From a virus: a stretch of DNA of 64,000 nucleotides. Positions 54,200 to 64,000 of the stretch are shown piece after piece. The stretch lies in IMG/VR virus record IMGVR_UViG_3300044784_000011; one strand, given 5' to 3'. Within the stretch, counting starts at the first letter, position 1. Every line of letters starts with the position of its first letter. The position numbers and the translations under genes are program-made. Below the pieces are notes generated by a model. That model saw only the letters and a program-made list of their open reading frames with translations, was not told the origin of the DNA and searched no databases.

Positions 54200-57049
54200 T
54201 TGGCGAACACCAATCTTGGTACAGCCGAAGGGCGAATAAGAACTACATACGACGGCACAGGTGCGAAGCGTGCCAAGGGCGATATGGACGACCTGGACAA
54301 GTCGTCTGGTCGTTCTGCTAAGGGCATCAACGCTTTCGCCAAGGGCAGCGCCATCGCTGGTGGGCTGCTCGTCGGTGCATTCGCTCTGGCCGTCAAGACC
54401 TCGGCCGACTTTGAGAAGCAGATCAGCGCGGTGGGGGCTGTCTCTGGCGCAACTAGCCAAGAGATGGACAAGATTCGTGAGACGGCGCTGCGGATCGGCA
54501 AAGACACGAAATTCAGCGCGTCCGAGGCCGCCATTGCGATGGAGGAACTGGCCAAGGCCGGAGTCTCCACAACCGACATTCTCGGCGGGGCAGCCGACGC
54601 GACTGTTGCCCTAGCGGCAGCCGGAGGCGTGGACCTTCCGGTCGCTGCCACCATCGCATCCAACGCGATGAACGCTTTCGGTCTCTCCGCGAAGGAGCTA
54701 CCGCGAGTCGCAGACCTCATCGCTGGAGCGGCGAATGCCTCGGCCATCGACGTTGGGGAGTTTGGTCAGTCACTACAGCAGGCGGGAGCCGTCGCCCATA
54801 CGGTCGGCGTTCCCTTCTCCGACTTGACGGTCGCAATCGCTGCACTCGGTAACGCCGGCATCAAGGGTTCGGACGCGGGCACGTCACTGAAGACGATGCT
54901 CCAGAACCTGAACCCGAGCACCAAGAAGCAAGCCGACTTGATGAAGAAGCTCGGGATCATCACAGCTGATGGTTCCAACAAGTTCTTCGACGCTAAGGGC
55001 AACATCAAGTCGCTCGCTGACGTCTCCCAGGTCCTCCAGGATTCCCTTTCTGGGATGACTAAGCAGCAGAAGCTAGCAACCCTAGAGACGCTGTTCGGGT
55101 CAGACGCGATTCGCGCCGCAGCCGTCCTCGCGGAAGGCGGAGCCAAGGGGTTCAACAACCTCGCTGCGAATATCGAGAAGGTCAAGGCAGCCGATGTCGC
55201 CGCCAAGCGGATGGACAACCTGGCCGGCTCGATTGAGCAGTTCAAGGGCAGCCTAGAGACGGCGCTGATTACCGCAGGCGCTCCGTTCCAGGCTGGGATT
55301 CGTCAGATCGTTGATGCACTTACTGGTCTTGTCAACGGTTTCACAAATCTCAGCCCGGCCGTGCAGAAGCTCATCGGCCAGTTCTTTGCCTTCGGAGGTG
55401 CAGCACTCCTCCTCACCGCCGGCATCCTGAAGATTGTTGGCTTCTTCATGAGCATGGGGCCGGCAGCGAAGGTCGTTGCGTCAGGCCTAAAGCTTGCAGC
55501 GGGAGCGGCTCGGGCGTTCTCCCTTGCTCTCTTCGCCAACCCCATCGGGCTCATCATCGCGGCAATCATCGCGCTGGGCGTTGCGCTCTTCATCCTCTAC
55601 AAGAAGAACGCAGCTGTACGGGCGTTCATCGATGCGGCATGGCAGGGAATCCAACGAGTAATCGACACGGTGGTCAGCTGGATCACTGGGACGGCGCTGC
55701 CTGCGATTGGTGCTGCGCTAGGCGCCATCGGTCGGTTCTTCGTCGGCGCCAAGGACGATGCGGTTGGTGCTTGGCAGGGAGTCACCGGCTTCTTCTCCTC
55801 GGTGTTCTCCTTTATCGGCGCGCTTCCCGGACGAGTCGCAGGCTTCTTCGTAGCAGCCTGGAACCGAATCCAGGCGGTGTGGACGGCGGCTCCTGCGTTC
55901 TTCGGTCGCGTCGTCGCTGCGATCGGAACATTCCTCAGTCAGTTGCCGGCGAAGATTGCGTTCATCATTGGCTTCATCATCGGCCGCTGGATCCAGTTCC
56001 AGGTCCGGATGGTGCAGATAGCCATCCAACTCGGGATGAAGGTTCTCACCGCCGTCGTTACCTTTATCGGCCAGCTTCCGGGGCGCATCGCAGGGTTCTT
56101 GGCTGCGGTAATCTCTCGGGCCGTCTCCTGGTCCGCGAGGATGATCTCCACGGCGAGGTCGGCCGGGTCAAAGTTCCTCCAAGGTGTCGTCTCGTTCATC
56201 CAGCAGTTACCCGGACGGGTCGGGAACCTCATCGCCAGTACGCTCACAAGAGTCGTCTCTTGGGCGTCTCGTATGGCGAGCAGCGCCCGTTCGGCTGGGT
56301 CGCGGTTCATCCAAGGTGTCGTCTCCTTCCTCTCACAGCTTCCGGGACGAGTCGCGAGCTTCCTCTCCTCCGCGCTCAGTCGTGTGGTATCATGGGCCGG
56401 TCAGATGCGGAGCCGGGCAGCAGCGATGGCCTCTGGCGTGGTCTCCGCTGTCGCCTCCGGGCTTGCGGCGCTACCCGGCATCGTCTCCGGAGCCGTGGGA
56501 CGCGCTATCTCCGCCTTCCAGGGGATGATCGGGCGAGCCTTCTCGGCTGCCAGGTCGCTGGCGTCCTCGCTTTGGAACGGCTTCAAGGCTGGACTCTTCG
56601 GCTCACCCAAGACCCTGATCGAGTACGCGCTCATCAACATGAACGAGGCGACGGCTCGCGAGCTACACGCCTTCGAGCGCCAGTCAGCCGACATCAAGAA
56701 GGTCTCGGAGTCGCTGGCCGAAGACACAACTGCTGCGCTATCACAACTCGGCAGCGGGAACGTCTCCCTCACCGGGAACGTCGCGGTGGCCGGTCGTAGC
56801 TCGACTGTGGACGAGTTGAAGAAGCAGTCCGATGCGATGGTCCGGTTGGCGTCGGCGGTTCCGCGAGGCGAGACAGCTGTCCGTGTGACTGCACAGGCTC
56901 CGGCGGCACCGTCGAACGTCATCAACGTAGACTTCACTATCAATGGGGTTCGAGATGCGAACGAGGTCCGCGCCGTCGTGACCTCCTCGCGAGTTCTTCG
57001 CCCACTGGCGCAAGCCGCTAGGGCGAGAGGCGGAGGAGGGTCCTTCTAG
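54200..57049 (+). CDS. Tape measure protein
   Basis: TP901-type core (T.FSASEAA.AMEELAKAG, GIKGSDAGTSLKTML); 11/44-aa periodic Trp/Phe repeats. Confidence 0.95.
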   Translation: MANTNLGTAEGRIRTTYDGTGAKRAKGDMDDLDKSSGRSAKGINAFAKGSAIAGGLLVGAFALAVKTSADFEKQISAVGAVSGATSQEMDKIRETALRIGKDTKFSASEAAIAMEELAKAGVSTTDILGGAADATVALAAAGGVDLPVAATIASNAMNAFGLSAKELPRVADLIAGAANASAIDVGEFGQSLQQAGAVAHTVGVPFSDLTVAIAALGNAGIKGSDAGTSLKTMLQNLNPSTKKQADLMKKLGIITADGSNKFFDAKGNIKSLADVSQVLQDSLSGMTKQQKLATLETLFGSDAIRAAAVLAEGGAKGFNNLAANIEKVKAADVAAKRMDNLAGSIEQFKGSLETALITAGAPFQAGIRQIVDALTGLVNGFTNLSPAVQKLIGQFFAFGGAALLLTAGILKIVGFFMSMGPAAKVVASGLKLAAGAARAFSLALFANPIGLIIAAIIALGVALFILYKKNAAVRAFIDAAWQGIQRVIDTVVSWITGTALPAIGAALGAIGRFFVGAKDDAVGAWQGVTGFFSSVFSFIGALPGRVAGFFVAAWNRIQAVWTAAPAFFGRVVAAIGTFLSQLPAKIAFIIGFIIGRWIQFQVRMVQIAIQLGMKVLTAVVTFIGQLPGRIAGFLAAVISRAVSWSARMISTARSAGSKFLQGVVSFIQQLPGRVGNLIASTLTRVVSWASRMASSARSAGSRFIQGVVSFLSQLPGRVASFLSSALSRVVSWAGQMRSRAAAMASGVVSAVASGLAALPGIVSGAVGRAISAFQGMIGRAFSAARSLASSLWNGFKAGLFGSPKTLIEYALINMNEATARELHAFERQSADIKKVSESLAEDTTAALSQLGSGNVSLTGNVAVAGRSSTVDELKKQSDAMVRLASAVPRGETAVRVTAQAPAAPSNVINVDFTINGVRDANEVRAVVTSSRVLRPLAQAARARGGGGSF

Positions 57050-59685
57050 TGCCGTATAAGGGCGAGCAACGAGTCGTGCGGGTTCGGTCCACTGGTAGCG
57101 CCAACGGCTCCTGGACCGTGACGGGAGGCTCACACCCAACGGTCGTCAACGACGATGTGGCGACGACATACCTCCTGGGGCCGGGCAAGGACCTGGCGAG
57201 CTATGGTTCGTATGCTCGCCAGTGGATGACCGGCCCGACGCTGGCGGCCGGTGAACGTTGTGTGCAGTACAGGGCTCGCGTCAAGGCGCACGTGAACGAC
57301 TCTGGCGGCACGAGCCGCAAGACCGCGTTCTATCTCCAGCTTCGCCTACAGGGTAGCCTCTCCAACCCGTCGCACCCCGCGAACTACTGGACCAACGTTC
57401 CGACCGGCCCGACACCCAAGGAGTACGCCGGCACCTGGAGAACTCGTTCGCCGGATGGCAAGGAGCTAACCCAGACCAAGCTCGCCTCCCAGGTCATCCA
57501 GGCCATCGACCGCACGCCAACTTCCTTCGCGTCGGGCCAGCGCATCCGACTGTCGGAGGTCTATCTCGACTACATCGTCAACCGGCAGCCGACGCTCACA
57601 TCGCTCACCGCTAGCGATACCACAACCTCTACATCGCCGCTGATCGGGTACACGTGGAACGACCTCGATGGCGACACCCAGATCAAGAACCATGTGAAGG
57701 TCTACACGGTCGCGCAGGCGACGACTCCCGGCTTCAGCCCGGACAAGACAATCCCGATCTATGACTCTGGGGTCACCAGCACATCCCTTCCGGAGCACAG
57801 GACTCAGACCAACCTTGTGCCAGGCGTCGCCTACCGCGCGTATGTCCGAGCGGCGCAGAGCCTCGGAGACCTCGGTGACTGGTGGACAGTCTGGAGCTTC
57901 GTCGCCTTCACCATCGTCCTGACGGCTCCGCCTAGCCCGACGCTCGAAGACCTCGGCTATGAGTCGCTGTTCGACCGGGTGCTGCTACGGCTTCGCGGGA
58001 GGATCAACGACCTCCTTGACCAAGATTCCTCGTTTGAGCAAGCCGGAGTCGGGAACTGGGCTGCGGACACAAACTGTACCATCTTGAACTCGACAGCGTG
58101 GGCGAAGGTGGGGATACACAGCCTCCAGCTTTCGAGCACTGCAGCGGGTACGATGCAAGCCTCCACCCTCCTCTTCTCAGCGAGCGAGGGACGGACCTAC
58201 TGGGCTCGTGGTACTTCGCGAGCGGCTACGGTAGCTCGCCAGTGCCGTGTCGGGCTTGGGTTCTTCAATGCGGCTGGTGCGTTGATCGGCTCCCGCGTCT
58301 GGTCGGCGGCAGCCAACAACGCGACCGGGGCAGACACCGACTACACGCTGATCAACGCCGTCGCTCCGGCGGGCACGCGCTTCCGTGACATCGCAGTGGA
58401 GGTTCAGTCTACCGCTGCCGGCGCCGAGCTTCACCGCTTCGATGCGATGGCAACTGGGCCGGGAGCGGGTGCGGCTCCGGCGTACCACGTTGGCGACCTG
58501 ACGCAGCCCGGCTTCACCGGCTATGAGATGCAGTACGCGGACATGGTTCGTGAAGGGAATATCGTCCACCAGAATATCTCCAGCGGCGGCGGGTTCTTCC
58601 TCGATGTTGATGGCTGGTTCCCGCGAAACTCCACCGACGTCATTGAAGTTAGCAATGAGGTCCCGGCGTACCGAGGAGATCACGTAATTCGCTGGGTGCC
58701 GATGACGACAGGGTCGGTACTTGACGTGGGTTCACGACTCAACACTGTGGATCCGTTCGCCTGGGCCGTCAAGCCCGGCCAGATATACACCCACTCGGTT
58801 CGCATCCGGCCGTACATCAACACCTATACGCTCATCGTCCGCTTCGTCTATATGGATGCTCTGGGGGCGACAATCTCCTCCGTGCAGACGACGCTGGCGG
58901 CCGGGACCTCTTGGACCTTGTTCGCGCCTGGGGACAGTACTGCTCCGGCCGGTTCGGTTGTGTCCCGTATGGAGGTTGAGAACTCCTCTGGCCAGACTGA
59001 GATTCCGGTGTTCCTCGATGACGTGCAGTTCGGCGAGGTCGGCCACGACATGAACCAGGGTGATCCGGGCCAGGGCAGTCTTCTGACATGGCAGAACTGG
59101 CGCGGCTCCACCGACCCGGTGCTGGAAGACTTCTCTGCGCTCATCGTCGCCCAGGACCTTGTAGCTGCACAAGAGGCGTCGCTGTATGAGCATGAGGTCC
59201 CGCCGAACAAGCTCCGTCTCTTCCGTGTCCGCGCCATCTCGATCATCGCTGGTCTGGATGTTGCGAGCGACTGGAGTGCAATCCTCCCCATCTCTACGAA
59301 CCTCACAGCCAACTGGCTCAAGTATCCCTGGGAGCCCAGCCTCAACTTCCAGCCGATGATCAACGGACTACGGCCGATGGGACGGAAGCGGAGTCTGCGC
59401 AAGGGAATTCACAACATCGTCGGCCGCAAGACTCCGGCCATTATCTCGTCTATTCCCTCCAGCGAGTCGTTCGAGGTCGAGTTTGCTGTTAGCACATTAT
59501 CTGGTTGGCACAAGCTCGACGAGATGCTGCAGAGCAATGGGCCGCTCCTCCTCAAGACTCCGAAGCAGCAGTGGTGGTTCCACCCGATCGGTGACCCGAC
59601 GCTCGATGACTGGACGGTACGCGAGGACGGGCAAGGGTTCTGGAAGTCGGTTACTGTGGAGTGTCTGGAGTCTGCGACCCCATGA
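57049..59685 (+). CDS. Minor tail protein with carbohydrate-binding-like domains
   Basis: Directly after TMP; SSFEQ.G..W CBM-like segment; beta-rich. Confidence 0.8.
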   Translation: MPYKGEQRVVRVRSTGSANGSWTVTGGSHPTVVNDDVATTYLLGPGKDLASYGSYARQWMTGPTLAAGERCVQYRARVKAHVNDSGGTSRKTAFYLQLRLQGSLSNPSHPANYWTNVPTGPTPKEYAGTWRTRSPDGKELTQTKLASQVIQAIDRTPTSFASGQRIRLSEVYLDYIVNRQPTLTSLTASDTTTSTSPLIGYTWNDLDGDTQIKNHVKVYTVAQATTPGFSPDKTIPIYDSGVTSTSLPEHRTQTNLVPGVAYRAYVRAAQSLGDLGDWWTVWSFVAFTIVLTAPPSPTLEDLGYESLFDRVLLRLRGRINDLLDQDSSFEQAGVGNWAADTNCTILNSTAWAKVGIHSLQLSSTAAGTMQASTLLFSASEGRTYWARGTSRAATVARQCRVGLGFFNAAGALIGSRVWSAAANNATGADTDYTLINAVAPAGTRFRDIAVEVQSTAAGAELHRFDAMATGPGAGAAPAYHVGDLTQPGFTGYEMQYADMVREGNIVHQNISSGGGFFLDVDGWFPRNSTDVIEVSNEVPAYRGDHVIRWVPMTTGSVLDVGSRLNTVDPFAWAVKPGQIYTHSVRIRPYINTYTLIVRFVYMDALGATISSVQTTLAAGTSWTLFAPGDSTAPAGSVVSRMEVENSSGQTEIPVFLDDVQFGEVGHDMNQGDPGQGSLLTWQNWRGSTDPVLEDFSALIVAQDLVAAQEASLYEHEVPPNKLRLFRVRAISIIAGLDVASDWSAILPISTNLTANWLKYPWEPSLNFQPMINGLRPMGRKRSLRKGIHNIVGRKTPAIISSIPSSESFEVEFAVSTLSGWHKLDEMLQSNGPLLLKTPKQQWWFHPIGDPTLDDWTVREDGQGFWKSVTVECLESATP

Positions 59686-60881
59686 GGCTTGATACCGGTC
59701 TTCGTTCGCTTGCTCAGCGCGGCCACTTCGCCGTTACCTGGAGGGCTGACGTCATCGTTGCGGGTGAGAAGGAGGACGAGCTACCGGTTGAGTCGGGCGA
59801 CATTACCGATGAGGCTGACGCGGATATCAACCGGAGGCGCTGCAACCTCGTCATCCCAGGACTCATCGAATATGTTCCCTCAACTTCGCAGGACTATCTT
59901 TGGCCGATCGGCCGCACTGAGATTAAGCTCGTTGCAGAGATGTTCTTCCGAGGTGGGCAAATCAAGACCGGCGATATCCCGCTGGGCCTGTACCGTGTGC
60001 AGAAGCCCAGGGTGACGCTCCTCGATAGTGGCGACCGGGCCATTTCCTTCGAGGGCTACGACCGGGCCACCACCGTTAGCCGGGCAAAACTGCGAGCCGG
60101 TATGACGCTGACGCCGGGCCAATATGTCGGTGACATTCTGCTCGAATTGTTTGAGCCGCGGCTACCGGCTACGCAGCAGTTTGACTTCCCTGAGAATACC
60201 AGCGACACACAGCTTGTCGTCCCGCTGCAATGGGACCTCGGTGATGATCCCTGGGTGCGCGGAAAGGAGCTTGCACGCTCCTTCTCGATGGACCTGTATT
60301 TCGACGCGGACGGTGTCTGCGTGCTGGCGGAGACTACCGACCCGATCGACCGCGCTCCAGACCTTATCCATACGACTGGGGAGACTGCTGAGATTCTCTG
60401 GTCCGACCGCGATATGGCGACGGTCAAAGGCGGCGAGTATTCTGTTGACGACGAGGACTCTTACAACCACGTAATCGTCCGTACGCAGAACTCCCAGAAC
60501 GTCGGTCAGTACCTCGGAGAAGCCTTCGACTCTGACCCGCTCAGCCCTACCTACATCGGCTCTGATGACCCACTCAGCGACGACTTCGGGCAGAGCCCAT
60601 TCGGGGATAAGCTGATCGTCCTAGACGATCAGACGGCAATCGGCTACCCGATGACGGAGAAGATTGCATTCCATGAGCTTGTCAAGCGTGTGGGGCTACA
60701 AGAGAACTTGAGTGTCCGGACCTTCTGGTTGCCGCATGAGAGCAACGATATCGTTCGCTTCGAGATATCAGAGTTTGAGGTGGCGACAACGTACGTCCTC
60801 GATGGTGTGCGGCAATCGCTAACTGTCGAGGGCGAGCTAGACATGGCCACACGGCAACGAAGGGTGACGGGCATTGGTTGA
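59682..60881 (+). CDS. Baseplate hub / DUF5047-like minor tail protein
   Basis: GDITDEADADINRRRC, IPLGLYRV, LYFDADG. Confidence 0.8.
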   Translation: MRLDTGLRSLAQRGHFAVTWRADVIVAGEKEDELPVESGDITDEADADINRRRCNLVIPGLIEYVPSTSQDYLWPIGRTEIKLVAEMFFRGGQIKTGDIPLGLYRVQKPRVTLLDSGDRAISFEGYDRATTVSRAKLRAGMTLTPGQYVGDILLELFEPRLPATQQFDFPENTSDTQLVVPLQWDLGDDPWVRGKELARSFSMDLYFDADGVCVLAETTDPIDRAPDLIHTTGETAEILWSDRDMATVKGGEYSVDDEDSYNHVIVRTQNSQNVGQYLGEAFDSDPLSPTYIGSDDPLSDDFGQSPFGDKLIVLDDQTAIGYPMTEKIAFHELVKRVGLQENLSVRTFWLPHESNDIVRFEISEFEVATTYVLDGVRQSLTVEGELDMATRQRRVTGIG

Positions 60882-61623
60882 CGATGAGAGGATGACACTC
60901 GCGGAGGAGCGTGAGCTACTGCGGCGCGTCGGGCCGGATGCGATGCGTGCGGTGATGACGGCACGGAGCGGAATGCCGACGCGAATTACACGCGCCGAAG
61001 TCCTGGACGTAGACTGGTTCCAAGGGGAGGCGTCGATCCGTGAGACCGGCGATCCGCATATCAAGACAAACGTTCGCTGGATGCCGGGTTGCTTCCTCTA
61101 CATAGGCGAGCTTGTCTGGTATCTCAAGTTCGGAAATGACGGCATCATCCTCGGCTCCTCGGTAGGCGACAAGACCGAGACGGACGGCGTGGGAGCGAAG
61201 TTCACGGCGCAGGACTCCTCTCCACTCAATGCCACTTTTACAACCGCCAGCGCTACCTATGTCGCTGATGCTACGAACGGTCCTGCACTCGACATCTATG
61301 TGGAATTGGAAGAGCCAATCCGGATCACCGTTCAGGCTCTCTTCAACATGGATGCGGCTGGGACTAACGGAGCCTGCTTCTCCTGGCGAGCCACCCACTC
61401 GGTTGCCGGAGCCGATGCCTCTAGCGACAACGACCTCAACGGTTGTGAGACCGGCGTTGTTGGGGAATGGGTGCCGGGATCGAAAGACAGCCTGTGGCAG
61501 CCAGAGAACGCGGGCAACTATGTGATAGAGATGGTCTACCGTAGGATTGGTTCAGCGAATGGTCTCTTCAAGCAGCGGCGGATCATGTACCAGCGCCAGG
61601 CGCAATACACGTTCGACTTCTAG
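60874..61623 (+). CDS. Minor tail protein
   Basis: Last gene of the tail block; beta-rich C-terminus. Confidence 0.7.
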   Translation: MVDDERMTLAEERELLRRVGPDAMRAVMTARSGMPTRITRAEVLDVDWFQGEASIRETGDPHIKTNVRWMPGCFLYIGELVWYLKFGNDGIILGSSVGDKTETDGVGAKFTAQDSSPLNATFTTASATYVADATNGPALDIYVELEEPIRITVQALFNMDAAGTNGACFSWRATHSVAGADASSDNDLNGCETGVVGEWVPGSKDSLWQPENAGNYVIEMVYRRIGSANGLFKQRRIMYQRQAQYTFDF

Positions 61624-61658
61624 GGCGTGTAGAAACTCGCTGAACGTCCCTAGCTCCC

Positions 61659-61724
61659 GCTAGAATCACCCCTAATGGATCGCGTGCGGCTCCTCTGCCT
61701 AACTCCACAAGCGGAGGAGCCGCA
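61659..61724 (+). promoter_or_regulatory. Lysis-cassette promoter (-10 TAGAAT) and 11-bp leader hairpin
   Basis: TAGAAT 61661-61666; TGCGGCTCCTC 61685-61695 / GAGGAGCCGCA 61714-61724. Confidence 0.45.
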
Positions 61725-61750
61725 TTGCCGACCATACCGGGGGTGATAAT

Positions 61751-62302
61751 GTGAGTGAGCAAGGTGGTTTCGATAGACGTCCGGTCCCAGACCCGACGCT
61801 ACTTACAACCGAGCAGCTACTCCGCGAGATTGCCGGAGTTGAGCGTGCAATGGAAGGTCTTCGCGAGCTTCTGTTTGCCAGGATTGACAGCCAGAAAGAT
61901 GTTGAGAATGAGCGGTTCCGGTCGGTAGCTCAGCAGTTAACGCTCGTTGAGCGTCAGCGAGTTGAGCAGAAGGAAGACACTAAGGCAGCCGTGGATGCGG
62001 CGCTGATCGCTCAGAAGGAGGCGGTGAAGGAGCAGACCATTGCCTCGGAGAAGTCGATCGCCAAGAGTGAGGCAGCGACGACGAAGCAACTCGACCAGCA
62101 GGCAGTGACGTTCCGTACCGCGATCGACGGGGTGCTGGTCATCCTCAACGATCTCAAGGAGCGCGTTGGCCGCCTGGAGGCGATGAAGCAGGGCGGCACA
62201 GAAGTTCGCGACCGGTTTAGCCAGGGGTGGGCGGTTGTGCTTGGTGGTGTTTTCGCACTGGTTGGTATTGGCACGCTGATTATCTCCTTGTCTCGTCTCT
62301 AG
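61751..62302 (+). CDS. Coiled-coil protein with C-terminal TM helix (lysis-associated)
   Basis: Long heptad region; single C-terminal TM; directly before the endolysin. Confidence 0.75.
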   Translation: MSEQGGFDRRPVPDPTLLTTEQLLREIAGVERAMEGLRELLFARIDSQKDVENERFRSVAQQLTLVERQRVEQKEDTKAAVDAALIAQKEAVKEQTIASEKSIAKSEAATTKQLDQQAVTFRTAIDGVLVILNDLKERVGRLEAMKQGGTEVRDRFSQGWAVVLGGVFALVGIGTLIISLSRL

Positions 62303-62363
62303 CGGTAGACTTTGCTCCGAGGAAAGGAGGAGACAAGAGGACCGCGACGGCTGAGGAGGAGCC

Positions 62364-63488
62364 GTGGATATGGATGATATTGACCGCGCTACCGCAAGGG
62401 CTGAAGTCCCCAGCGACGAAGCGCGGGATGCCAAGACCCTTGGCGAGATGATCGCTGAGGATGTAGCAGACCCCAACACACCGAGCTTCGCGGACGAGGA
62501 TGGTCAACCGGCCGGAGGCTTCGAGGTCGAGCTTGCCCCTTTCCCGCTGAGGGAGATGGCGGGACCGCTCAGCCTGGGTAGCACCACAAACGTCGCCAAG
62601 ATGAAGCGTGTGGCGACACGCCTGAAGGCGTGGGGGTTCACGGTCGTCTTGATGCCGGGATGGGAGACCCGAGGACGACCCGACATCGCGCTCACCGCCG
62701 ACTGGATCGGCGCTCACCACACGGCCGCCACGATCGACGTTGACCGCATCCTCCGGGATGGCCGGCCAGACGTGGCGGGACCTCTGTGTAACTGGGCCGT
62801 GCACAAGGATGGGGCGCTCGTCCTCGTCGCCTCTGGTCGCGCCAACCACTTCGGTGTCGCCACTATCTCGTCTTCGGACGCCTGGGGCATTGAGGCTACA
62901 GGTCCCATACCTATCACAGCCTTCGGTAAGAGCGCATTCCCCAACTACATCGAGTATGTTGCGCTCTGTAAGGCCATCATGCTGGATGAGGGCTGGGGAT
63001 CAGATCGGATCAAGGCCCACAAGGAAGTCGCGCCAGACCGGAAGATCAACCCAAGCTTCAACATGAACACCTTCCGGTCGGACGTTGCAGCCTTCAAGCC
63101 CGCAACAGAGGAGGACGATGTGACTGTTGACGAACTCGCCAAAGCGCTCGATGACCCGAACAGCGCTCTGTACAAGGCAATGCTCCGGGTTGCCCGCCGG
63201 GCCGTCAACTCGACGCTCGGTGGCCCGCGAAAGGACGCGGCCGGAGTCGCCATCCCGTTCGACACCGAGCAGGGCTCACCCGGCAACCCGGCTCGGGTTG
63301 GCATCCTCGAACTCACCCAGCGTGTCGTCGCTCCATTGACGGACGATGAGGCGAAGCTCACCGCGCTCATCAAGGGCATCGGTGAGGTCGGGCCGGAGGA
63401 CGTGGACGCGGATGAGATTGCGGCCAGCCTGGCGGCCGTCTTACCCGACGCTGTCGTGGACCGGCTTGTGGCCCGCGCACAGTCCTAG
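62364..63488 (+). CDS. Endolysin, N-acetylmuramoyl-L-alanine amidase (Amidase_2)
   Basis: GAHHTA, GRPDVAGPLCN, GRANHFG, GIEA, HKE..RKINP. Confidence 0.9.
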   Translation: MDMDDIDRATARAEVPSDEARDAKTLGEMIAEDVADPNTPSFADEDGQPAGGFEVELAPFPLREMAGPLSLGSTTNVAKMKRVATRLKAWGFTVVLMPGWETRGRPDIALTADWIGAHHTAATIDVDRILRDGRPDVAGPLCNWAVHKDGALVLVASGRANHFGVATISSSDAWGIEATGPIPITAFGKSAFPNYIEYVALCKAIMLDEGWGSDRIKAHKEVAPDRKINPSFNMNTFRSDVAAFKPATEEDDVTVDELAKALDDPNSALYKAMLRVARRAVNSTLGGPRKDAAGVAIPFDTEQGSPGNPARVGILELTQRVVAPLTDDEAKLTALIKGIGEVGPEDVDADEIAASLAAVLPDAVVDRLVARAQS

Positions 63489-63503
63489 CGAAAAAGGAGA
63501 ACG

Positions 63504-63896
63504 ATGCGACAAGAGCAGGAAGACTACTACAAGAGCCGGGACAAGGTCACACCCCCAGTCCGGAACCAGACGTTGGTGTACGGCGGAGTGGGCGTGCTCA
63601 TCTCCTTCGCACTGCGGACCTTCCTGGACTGGGAGGTCAACCCGGCCGACGCGGAGGGTTGGTGGAACGCGGTCCAGTCGATCGCGGTGCCGCTCATCCC
63701 AGCCGTCACCGCGCTGTTCGGTTCAGTTCGTGGAGCTTGGGCCGCTCGGGAGGAGGTCACGCCGGTGGAGGACCCTTTGCTGTGGGACGAGGACAGCAAC
63801 TCGTGGCAGCCGGGCGTCGTCAGGCGTGGCAACCCCAACGTGAAGTCAGATCCGTCACTGAGGAGGGCACCACGGCGACGCGACTATCCGGGGTAG
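63504..63896 (+). CDS. Holin
   Basis: Two hydrophobic helices; ends AREEVTPV; follows the endolysin. Confidence 0.75.
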   Translation: MRQEQEDYYKSRDKVTPPVRNQTLVYGGVGVLISFALRTFLDWEVNPADAEGWWNAVQSIAVPLIPAVTALFGSVRGAWAAREEVTPVEDPLLWDEDSNSWQPGVVRRGNPNVKSDPSLRRAPRRRDYPG

Positions 63897-63944
63897 GCTA
63901 GGGGCAACCCCGGCCGCCTAACCTCCTCAGGGTACCAGGGCCAG

Positions 63945-64000
63945 GAAGCACCGGTGTAGGTCCGTTTCAGGGACCAGGACGGAGACCACACCGGTGCTTC
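63945..64000. terminator. Long inverted repeat after the lysis cassette
   Basis: GAAGCACCGGTGT 63945-63957 / ACACCGGTGCTTC 63988-64000; inner TCCGT/ACGGA stem. Confidence 0.5.

Noticed and set aside
55800-56420. 44-aa repeats in the tape measure as a novel repeat element
   Set aside because: 11-residue-multiple aromatic periodicity is a standard tape measure feature.
1-64000. tRNA genes, integrase, repressor, reverse transcriptase/DGR
   Set aside because: No cloverleaf with T-loop/CCA, no recombinase catalytic motifs, no YxDD RT, and no template/variable repeat pair recognised by eye. A tRNAscan or HMM run would be needed to exclude them fully.

Overview
The window is a near-complete, apparently lytic siphovirus genome of a high-GC actinobacterial host. 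Essentially all genes lie on the + strand, often chained by ATGA/GTGA/TTGA overlaps. I found no integrase, repressor, tRNA or CRISPR array. Layout: membrane proteins (0-0.9 kb); replication, recombination and nucleotide metabolism (SNF2 helicase, Cas4-like exonuclease, Sak4-like ATPase, SSB, flavin oxidoreductase, DUF1599-like, free-standing PD-(D/E)XK endonuclease, DnaE, RecD-like helicase, ThyX-like; 1-16.5 kb); small accessory genes including two RuvC-like paralogs and a SLOG protein (16.5-23 kb); P4-type primase-helicase followed by an iteron-rich ori candidate (23.3-25.8 kb); a probable TerS separated from TerL by about 9 kb of accessory, partly secreted genes (CAP, HAD, transglycosylase, metzincin, papain-like); head genes including a MuF-ADP-ribosyltransferase fusion; an inserted fibre module with 18 x 20-aa repeats; tail genes with an apparent +1 chaperone frameshift; and a lysis cassette. 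Strongest leads: (1) a shared N-terminal leader ending in GG-[SA] on three virion proteins, with no canonical prohead protease but two orphan proteases nearby; (2) a ~270-nt multi-stem structured RNA upstream of the recombination operon; (3) a MuF-ART toxin with a tiny coupled downstream ORF; (4) a possible nucleotide/DNA-modification set (flavoenzyme, DUF1599-like, His-substituted ThyX). All family calls come from motif recognition by eye; no database search was run.
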